From Fibrobacterales bacterium (GTDB lineage: Bacteria > Fibrobacterota > Fibrobacteria > Fibrobacterales > JAOPTW01), in contig JAOPTW010000029.1 of assembly GCA_051532035.1 (NCBI GenBank), forward strand, positions 54,553 to 78,480: 23,928 nucleotides of DNA, in the 5' to 3' direction. Shown here one piece after another: positions 9,985-16,894 of this stretch (its first letter is position 1; the number at the start of each line of letters is the position of its first letter). Both the position numbers and the translations under genes were made by a program. The notes beneath the pieces were generated by a model. It did not search any database. It was not told the DNA's origin and worked only from the letters and a program-made list of their open reading frames with translations.

Positions 9985-9992
9985 GAGTGGCT
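9962..9992. other. Inverted repeat spanning the convergent gene junction
   Basis: AGCCACT-G-CTACT-ccata-AGTAG-G-AGTGGCT forms 12 base pairs with one mismatch and has no U-tract. Confidence 0.5.
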
Positions 9993-12309
9993 ACTGTACA
10001 AATCCCCATGTCACAAAAAAGAGTAGTGAACAGAATGAAAATAGAATTGGTATACCAATAAGAATCATTCGTATCTTACTCTTTTTCAGTGCCCCCTCAG
10101 GGATAAGCTGAACCATTCTTCCATATAGCAAAATCGCACCAATCAATACGGGATAGATATACCGAAAATCAGTATTACATGATACCGGTGCTTTTATACG
10201 ATACGCCAAGAGAGCGCCAACTGATGAGAGTACCAGAAGAAGCGCCGGCGCCTCTTTATAGATACGGGCAAGAGAGAGTCTTCGAATACCTATAAAGGGC
10301 ATAAGAATCATTAAAAGTAACAGCACTCCTATTGTCCCACCCAGTACTGCATGAAACGAGCTCCTGAATTGATACTCTGAAAACAGTGATGACTTTAAAA
10401 AGAAATTCCAAAAATATTGACGTCCTCCCCAGTCATGCCATGTCGAGGTAAAAGGCTGTTGTAAATAGGTCGGAATATCGAGATAGATATAATTAACAAT
10501 ACCATTATCTACCTTCAATCTTTTATTAATTGAGGTCCCTACATTGAGCAACAACCAGTCGCTCTTCTCTTGTTGTGCAAAATAGATATTGTCGCCAATA
10601 TTCACCCCTGCCGCAATAATCACGACTACAAAACTCAAAAGTGCTGGTTTAATAAACTGTTTACGATTCTTACGGATAAGCTGAATCAAAAGGAGCCCTG
10701 CGAGAACACCCCCTAAAATGACTCCACTCGATTTAGAAACCATACTTAAAAAGAGGCAGACCAGCGACCAATTAAAATAGACCATTCTATGAGTGCGCCA
10801 CCACCGAACAATCAAATAGAACCCTATACCGGTAAAGAGATACATAGGCATGTCATTACCAATTCTAATTGAATGAATAATACCAGAGGGCCAGAAAAGT
10901 ATTAGCCCTAGGAGTACCCTTCGGAGAAGTCTTGATTTAATAAGCTCCCTTACGGTAAGATAGGCAACAAACTGAAAAACCACGAGCATCAGAAGGGACG
11001 CAAAGCGCATAGGTACATGCCAGTCTATGGCAAATAGGTGAGTACTTATGAAAGCCACAACCGCACCAAATAAATAATAGAGCGGAGGCTGATGATACTC
11101 CCACCCTTTAGCAGGATGAGGAAAACCAAGGTTATCTATGAGATAAAATATATAGTCACGATGCCCCCCCCCTTCATAGACATCAAATATTCTTACGGTT
11201 AGTGGGGTGTAGATAAGGTACCAAATTAAAAGAGCAATACCTAATCCAAAAAGAACCATCTCACTTTTAGAAAAAGTAAAGTAACTAAATGCACCATACA
11301 TAAGGAGAAAGAGCCCAAGGCAATAGAGCGTAAAAATTACTATACGCTCAAATATACCATTATTAGGAAATACCGTAACTCCCCCTTGTCCGCCTTGGTT
11401 TGTCACAATGATTTCTATACTGTTAATCTCTTGAGTAAGGTATGGGGTAAAGTCATACATAAAGCCATTATGCCAATCTTTCAGTTCTGCATCATCAACC
11501 TGGCTCAAATCAACAGCATCACCATTGACCCGCATTTCAATGAGCTTATCATCAGGTATTATTTTGAAAAGATCACTACTCCACAGGCTAGTGCTATAAT
11601 CAAAGGTGAGTACATATCTCCCTTTAACGCTATGTTTGTGTATCGGCCACTGCTCTTCAACATGCTTCCCATTGTAATTACTATAAATATTTGTGAGTTG
11701 ATTACCAGAAACAATGCAGGTAATTCCAAGAATAATTATACCGGCAACTACATTGAGTGATTTTTTTCGACCAATGGTTTGCCATACAGGCAGAAGAAGT
11801 ATGCCACAAGTACCCAAGAAACATAGTACTCCCAAAAAGAGGAGGAGGGCTGAATGTTTGTACTGATCAATGGGAGGATTGTAACCTAAATCGAGGCCAC
11901 CTCTACCACCCCTATTAGAAACAACAACTTCTATTGCATTGCTCCCCATCTTTAAATGGTCAGCTAAAGCAATACGAGCTCCATTTTTATAATCTCGGAG
12001 CTGTGCCCTCGGGATAGAATCAAGTAAAATGGGAGTCCCATTTACCTTCATCGAATAGAGAAGATCATCGGGTATAATAGTTAACCAATCAGATTTTTCT
12101 TGGTCTCTCACATAATTAAAGGTATACGTCATAGTATCTGCAAGACTGTCATGGGTATAGTGAGGAAACTCAACACTACTCGTAGTTTCACCATAGGTAA
12201 CTAAAACAGTATTAATCACCGGCTCTCTGAGAACGATACTACTTACAAAAAATATGAATGCGGCAATAATCGTTAAAACTGCACCTACTATACGGTATCT
12301 GTGAATCAT
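9991..12309 (-). CDS. GT-C membrane glycosyltransferase with two duplicated N-terminal extracytoplasmic beta-sandwich domains
   Basis: 772 aa. GT-C motifs are DVYEGGGH...WEYHQPPLYY, IGNDMPM, SKSSG and DFRYIYP. Two IIPDD...VNG...N.IE..V.N.GG.GG domains are separated by TM helices. The AGGA RBS overlaps the stop codon of the upstream gene. Confidence 0.78.
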   Translation of the reverse strand: MIHRYRIVGAVLTIIAAFIFFVSSIVLREPVINTVLVTYGETTSSVEFPHYTHDSLADTMTYTFNYVRDQEKSDWLTIIPDDLLYSMKVNGTPILLDSIPRAQLRDYKNGARIALADHLKMGSNAIEVVVSNRGGRGGLDLGYNPPIDQYKHSALLLFLGVLCFLGTCGILLLPVWQTIGRKKSLNVVAGIIILGITCIVSGNQLTNIYSNYNGKHVEEQWPIHKHSVKGRYVLTFDYSTSLWSSDLFKIIPDDKLIEMRVNGDAVDLSQVDDAELKDWHNGFMYDFTPYLTQEINSIEIIVTNQGGQGGVTVFPNNGIFERIVIFTLYCLGLFLLMYGAFSYFTFSKSEMVLFGLGIALLIWYLIYTPLTVRIFDVYEGGGHRDYIFYLIDNLGFPHPAKGWEYHQPPLYYLFGAVVAFISTHLFAIDWHVPMRFASLLMLVVFQFVAYLTVRELIKSRLLRRVLLGLILFWPSGIIHSIRIGNDMPMYLFTGIGFYLIVRWWRTHRMVYFNWSLVCLFLSMVSKSSGVILGGVLAGLLLIQLIRKNRKQFIKPALLSFVVVIIAAGVNIGDNIYFAQQEKSDWLLLNVGTSINKRLKVDNGIVNYIYLDIPTYLQQPFTSTWHDWGGRQYFWNFFLKSSLFSEYQFRSSFHAVLGGTIGVLLLLMILMPFIGIRRLSLARIYKEAPALLLVLSSVGALLAYRIKAPVSCNTDFRYIYPVLIGAILLYGRMVQLIPEGALKKSKIRMILIGIPILFSFCSLLFFVTWGFVQ
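11371..12177 (-). repeat. Internal domain duplication (two ~97-aa domains, 172 aa apart)
   Basis: Aa ~45-141 and ~217-313 share IIPDDxLxxMxVNG...LxDxxNG...NxIExxVxNxGGxGG. Confidence 0.85.
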
Positions 12310-12317
12310 AGGTATTC

Positions 12318-15300
12318 CTATTTAATTAAAAGTGGGTTCATCCAATTAGCATGATCACAATAACTGGAACCTCCAGCATGTGTCTTCAAAACAATTTTTT
12401 TTACATGGGCAACATCTACTGTCATCGTTGTAGCTCTACTCTGTTTTACTACTGGCGATCTACTCAGTGATTTACCATCACCTACTACTTCAAATGAGAC
12501 GCCATCAGAGCAATTTACTTCATCATCGACACCAACTACAGCTGTGAATGTACTGTAGGACTCTTTCAGTTCAAAAGTAATGGTACTCGGTGCATGTGTG
12601 CCCAGTCCATCTGTATAAACTTTACCATCTACCGTGAGTAGATGCTTATCAACTGTTCTGTTCTTTCTGAGTTTCCCATATGACTGAGTGCTTTTAAGGC
12701 GGAGCGTATTTAAACGAAGCACACTCTCTCCCTTCACAAAAACGGTATGAGCCTGAGAATCTATCAATGTACCGTCATAGTAAAGTGAGATTGCTATTTC
12801 ATTATAGCCTTCTTGTGTAATTTCTCCAATACTCACACTATGCTTACCTTTTCTTGATGGGACCTGTATCTGTTTACCTACAGAAGCGTTAACTATCTGT
12901 GTATTAAACCCTCTATCATTTTTGGAATGCACACTAAAAGCGATAGAGTCACTGGTACTCTTTTTCTTATGTATCTTGATTGAACTAGTATATATTGCTT
13001 GTTCCGATTTTGATATCGGTGCATACAAAACAGGATTCAACCAATCCGTATGATCACAAGATCCCTCATTACCAACATGAGTTCGTAATTCAAGTTTCAT
13101 AACTGATTCTACTGGTACTGATATATGGTTCACCTTATTCTGTTTTACTTTATGTGATTTGAATAATCTTTTGCCATCACCCCAAATTTCAAATAGCGCG
13201 CCATCCCCACATTTAGCACCATCATCCATGCCATACCAAGTATGAAACACTCCATATTCTTTATTGAGAACTATAGTGTTGGTACTCGTTGCGTGGGTTC
13301 CTATTCCATTTCTATAAGTATGTTTTCCAATTTTAAGATCAATCTCTCTGACTGATTTATTGATTTGATATTCTTTATATCCTGATTTACCTGTGATGTT
13401 TAAATCAGTCACAAGTGTTGTACCAGCCGTTTCTAAATAGATACTCTTCCACGTACTAAAAAGAAATTCTTCCTCAAAATTAACTTTGAACTCTAGGTCA
13501 TTAATTCCCGGCTTTAAAAAGTCTGTAGGAATTATTAATTCTGAACGAGGACTCAGTAGCAAGGTATCAAGCTGTTCCATAGCAGTATAAGGATGAATGG
13601 TATGATTTATAACTAAAAATCTATGCTCAGGCTCATACTCTCCCTCAATACGATATTCTAAATCATTCCCTTGTGCTACCTTAAATGAATCTACTTGTAT
13701 GCGAATACTATTTTTGCCTATGTCATTTGTGTATATTCGGTTTTCTTTCAATAGAATCTCATTGTACTGTATTTTGTCGAGGTCTTCTCTGAGTTGGTTA
13801 ATTAAAAGACTATCCTTAAAGCTACCGAATATATCCTTTTTTTCTCCAGGGTCGTCTGCTAAATTGTAGAGTTCATCCTTATTGCTTTTAATATTATGAA
13901 TCAATTTATAGGGATATCGGATAGATGCAAGAAAGGTTCCATCGAAAGGTTGTACCAATGGAACAAATGACCCTTGCTCAGGACGTTCAAAAACTGAACT
14001 ACCTACAAAGTGATTCGTCGTGCGAATGTTAAGAAGGTCTAGAATTGTTGGTGCAATGTCTAACTGAGAATATGCTGTCTTATTTAAAATTCCGGGCTTT
14101 ACTTTATCCTTCCACAATACTAGCAATGGCATTTTAAACATTTCATTATAGGCTGATTTTGTATTATGATAATTATTTTTATGCTGTCCCATTGGAAACC
14201 CATTATCACCAGTCACAATAACGATACTATTCTCAAATTCAGGGCGTGTTTCAAGTTGCGTAAAAAACTCACGGAGGTATTTGTCAGTCAAATGCATTGA
14301 GTTGGTGTAATTTTCGTGATTACTCTTTGCATTAGGAAAGATATACTTTTGTTCATCGGGAATCGAACGAAACATCATATGATTAGTAACACTCATCGTC
14401 ATAACAAAGAGTGGGTTTTTCTCTTCGTTCCTAATAGAATCAAGAATTTGAAATGTTTTTTTATAAAAAATATTGTCCTGAATACCCCAGCCTATAGTAA
14501 AGTTTTCTCTCTCCTCTTTTGAGATATATTTACCATCCATCCCTGTCGCATGTTCAAACCCATTATTAAGAACAAACGTCCCTGTATTTTCAAATCCTAA
14601 ACTCGAGTAAGCTTTTAAAAAAACATTGCTATACCCATTATCTTTCAAGATATGGGACAAACAGCGGTAGTTATTTTGATAGTAACTGGTAAATATATTC
14701 GTTCTATAACTTGGATAGACTGAACAGAGTGTTGCAAATTGGCCCTTACTTGTCTCAACAGAAGTACTATAAAACTCAGAGATATAAAGCCCATGCTGTT
14801 TGAGCGAATCAACAAATGGAGTTACTGACTTTCCATTTTCTATACGATCTGTATAAAAGCCACTAAAAGACTCCAGCATTACCACAAATACATGAGGCTT
14901 ATTAGCAGAGTCCTTAATAGTAACTTCTGTCTCTTCATCCACAACATCCATATAAGGATAAATCCCATCTGCTCTGAGCTTGTCAAAGGAATCAATTTTC
15001 TTAGGATTCATGTAGTGATACACTGAGGTTACAAATTCTATATGATCGGCATTAAATCCACTTGACATAATAACCACTAATACATTAGCTACGACAAGTA
15101 TTGGAAAAGTGACAAGTGGTTTATTAAGATTCACACTATTGGTAAATATTGAAAATTGTCGTTGTAAAAAAAATAATACTCCAAAAAGACCAACCATGAG
15201 TAGCCAACCAATCCACGAAACATTTTCGAGTATAAAAACAATAGATTCTTTATAAAAGAGATCGTGACCATTTTTGATAACAGTGAGATAAGAGAGCGGT

Positions 15301-15587
15301 TCAAACCGTACTATATGATATACTTGCAAGCCAACGTATATTGCCAATACCACAAGGTGTATAATTAGGTGAATTTTTATTTTACAATAAGAAAGGAGAC
15401 TGCTCAGCAGTACAAAAAAGAGAATGAGCGCTAAGAATGAGTGAGACATATTGAGGATAAATGACGGTATATCCCAATTATCTATGATTGCAATTCTACT
15501 ACATATTATTGTTTGCAACAAAAGAACGAGTATCAAACTACTGTAATACTTGTATCCCTTTTTAATAGTGGTCATTATCACTGCCAT
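12318..15587 (-). CDS. LTA-synthase/sulfatase-family membrane phosphotransferase (LtaS/OpgB-like) with two C-terminal [Ig-like + NPCBM] modules
   Basis: About 5 N-terminal TM segments. Motifs are KPHVFVVMLES, VTPFVDSL, Thr nucleophile position SVETSKGQ, WGIQD, SVTNH, IVTGDNG and SQLDIAPTILDLL. Two G(I/L)GTHA...DD...DG...CDHxxW domains follow. ATG 15587 has GAGG 6 nt upstream (the ORF track start is GTG 15599). Confidence 0.82.
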   Translation of the reverse strand: MAVIMTTIKKGYKYYSSLILVLLLQTIICSRIAIIDNWDIPSFILNMSHSFLALILFFVLLSSLLSYCKIKIHLIIHLVVLAIYVGLQVYHIVRFEPLSYLTVIKNGHDLFYKESIVFILENVSWIGWLLMVGLFGVLFFLQRQFSIFTNSVNLNKPLVTFPILVVANVLVVIMSSGFNADHIEFVTSVYHYMNPKKIDSFDKLRADGIYPYMDVVDEETEVTIKDSANKPHVFVVMLESFSGFYTDRIENGKSVTPFVDSLKQHGLYISEFYSTSVETSKGQFATLCSVYPSYRTNIFTSYYQNNYRCLSHILKDNGYSNVFLKAYSSLGFENTGTFVLNNGFEHATGMDGKYISKEERENFTIGWGIQDNIFYKKTFQILDSIRNEEKNPLFVMTMSVTNHMMFRSIPDEQKYIFPNAKSNHENYTNSMHLTDKYLREFFTQLETRPEFENSIVIVTGDNGFPMGQHKNNYHNTKSAYNEMFKMPLLVLWKDKVKPGILNKTAYSQLDIAPTILDLLNIRTTNHFVGSSVFERPEQGSFVPLVQPFDGTFLASIRYPYKLIHNIKSNKDELYNLADDPGEKKDIFGSFKDSLLINQLREDLDKIQYNEILLKENRIYTNDIGKNSIRIQVDSFKVAQGNDLEYRIEGEYEPEHRFLVINHTIHPYTAMEQLDTLLLSPRSELIIPTDFLKPGINDLEFKVNFEEEFLFSTWKSIYLETAGTTLVTDLNITGKSGYKEYQINKSVREIDLKIGKHTYRNGIGTHATSTNTIVLNKEYGVFHTWYGMDDGAKCGDGALFEIWGDGKRLFKSHKVKQNKVNHISVPVESVMKLELRTHVGNEGSCDHTDWLNPVLYAPISKSEQAIYTSSIKIHKKKSTSDSIAFSVHSKNDRGFNTQIVNASVGKQIQVPSRKGKHSVSIGEITQEGYNEIAISLYYDGTLIDSQAHTVFVKGESVLRLNTLRLKSTQSYGKLRKNRTVDKHLLTVDGKVYTDGLGTHAPSTITFELKESYSTFTAVVGVDDEVNCSDGVSFEVVGDGKSLSRSPVVKQSRATTMTVDVAHVKKIVLKTHAGGSSYCDHANWMNPLLIK

Positions 15588-15612
15588 CACATTCCTCACA
15601 CCGTATATCTGG

Positions 15613-15620
15613 CAAATATA
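15613..15620 (-). promoter_or_regulatory. Putative -7 promoter element TATATTTG upstream of the LtaS-like gene
   Basis: Matches TAnnTTTG and lies 25 nt before ATG 15587, directly after the terminator. Confidence 0.45.
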
Positions 15621-15652
15621 AAAAAAGCTTACCTATACAGGATAGGTAAGCT
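15620..15652 (-). terminator. Rho-independent terminator downstream of the prs-like gene
   Basis: Perfect 11-bp inverted repeat AGCTTACCTAT-N5-ATAGGTAAGCT (15626-15652), followed on the minus strand by a T-run. Confidence 0.8.
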
Positions 15653-15688
15653 AGAATTTTACATGGCAAATAACTTTGTCTTGTGAAC

Positions 15689-16849
15689 CTATACGCTTGG
15701 GGGGGGCCAGCGTGGATTTTTACTCGACATATCAATCGAATAAAAATCTTTATCAAACCGATTCTCTTCCATTTCTAGCATTTCTAGTATATGGCGACAG
15801 ATCCATTTTCCAATTTTTAGAACAACAAGTTTTTTTCTGAGACGGCCTTGGCTATCACGATTCATAACAGTATGTATCGTATTAGTAGTCATAATCTCAT
15901 CAATTGCCTTATTGTTTAGGTTCTCACGAGCTTCTTGTGATGGATAAAAATGTGTTACTCCAAAAGCAACCTTATTAGGATTCCCTTTTTTTATAGCCGC
16001 ACACGATTCAACGATTGTATTGCCTGTACGAACCATATCATCCATCACCATCACATCTTTACCTTCAAGGTCTGCAATAGTCACTTCTGATTCTGAATGC
16101 ACCGCAATAGAGACTTTTCGTTCCCCTGAGCGCTCCTTATCGAGAAGTAGGATTTTGGTTTCAGACAACCCTAAGCACTTATGGACCATTTTTACAAAAG
16201 GTACTGCCCCTTTATCAGGAGCACATAAAATGAGATTTTCACCATTCATACCCGTGTGGAGAAGGTCTGATTTTTTAAGATAATCCGCATAGAGCTCTGC
16301 AGGAATTAAATTATGGAAATTCCCGGCAAACACCTCTTTAAAAAGTGTTTGAACCTTAATCGAGTGATTATGCACTGTTATAACAGAATCAACCCCCGAT
16401 TGCTTTAAAAGCTGTGCATAGAGTAGTGAAGTAAATGCTTGACCATCAAATTTTTTCAAATCTTTTGCGGTACGGCCTTTCTCAAGTTCACCATATACAA
16501 AAGGACCACGATCTTGAGCCGAGAAGAAGAGATCTGGCTCAACTAATATAACATGCTTCGCTCCATTCTCTTTTGCAGCGCGTGCAAGAATGAAGTTACG
16601 CATAGCAAGGCTATTACGACCGTGTGTATTCGAAGACGTTGAGCAAATAATTACTGTACGATCTACGAGCTGTGTCCCAATGTTTTCTAAATCAGACTCT
16701 TCACTGATAAAACGGGGACAAAATTCAGAGTTCGCATAGCACTTAAGTGCCACAAGGTCAGAAATGTCAATTGGTATACCGAGTAACTGAGCAACATCAA
16801 TCGCAAATGGATTGTCCGATGTGTTACCTGTTACAACTAATTTATCCAT
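15689..16849 (-). CDS. Divergent ribose-phosphate pyrophosphokinase (PRPP synthetase) family protein
   Basis: LARAAKENGAKHVILVEP...QDR, APDKGA, LDKER, PRPP-binding loop VMVMDDMVRTGNT, VTH and TTNTI. GAGGA RBS. Several canonical residues are changed, so no gene symbol is assigned. Confidence 0.85.
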   Translation of the reverse strand: MDKLVVTGNTSDNPFAIDVAQLLGIPIDISDLVALKCYANSEFCPRFISEESDLENIGTQLVDRTVIICSTSSNTHGRNSLAMRNFILARAAKENGAKHVILVEPDLFFSAQDRGPFVYGELEKGRTAKDLKKFDGQAFTSLLYAQLLKQSGVDSVITVHNHSIKVQTLFKEVFAGNFHNLIPAELYADYLKKSDLLHTGMNGENLILCAPDKGAVPFVKMVHKCLGLSETKILLLDKERSGERKVSIAVHSESEVTIADLEGKDVMVMDDMVRTGNTIVESCAAIKKGNPNKVAFGVTHFYPSQEARENLNNKAIDEIMTTNTIHTVMNRDSQGRLRKKLVVLKIGKWICRHILEMLEMEENRFDKDFYSIDMSSKNPRWPPPSV

Positions 16850-16867
16850 GTATCCTCATAGGTTATT

Positions 16868-16890
16868 AAAAAGGCCCCCATAGGAGCCTT
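16868..16890 (-). terminator. Intrinsic terminator-like hairpin after glgP
   Basis: Minus strand reads GGCTCC-TATG-GGGGCC-TTTTT, with a G-U pair that forms only in this orientation. It starts 4 nt after the glgP stop. Confidence 0.7.
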
Positions 16891-16894
16891 CTTT

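Noticed and set aside
12318..15587. Call as a true arylsulfatase
   Set aside because: It has no C/SxPxR formylglycine motif. The Thr nucleophile and N-terminal TM bundle indicate the LtaS-like branch.
15699..15706. G8 run at the end of the prs-like gene
   Set aside because: It encodes the last Pro residues, so slippage would change only the terminal few amino acids.
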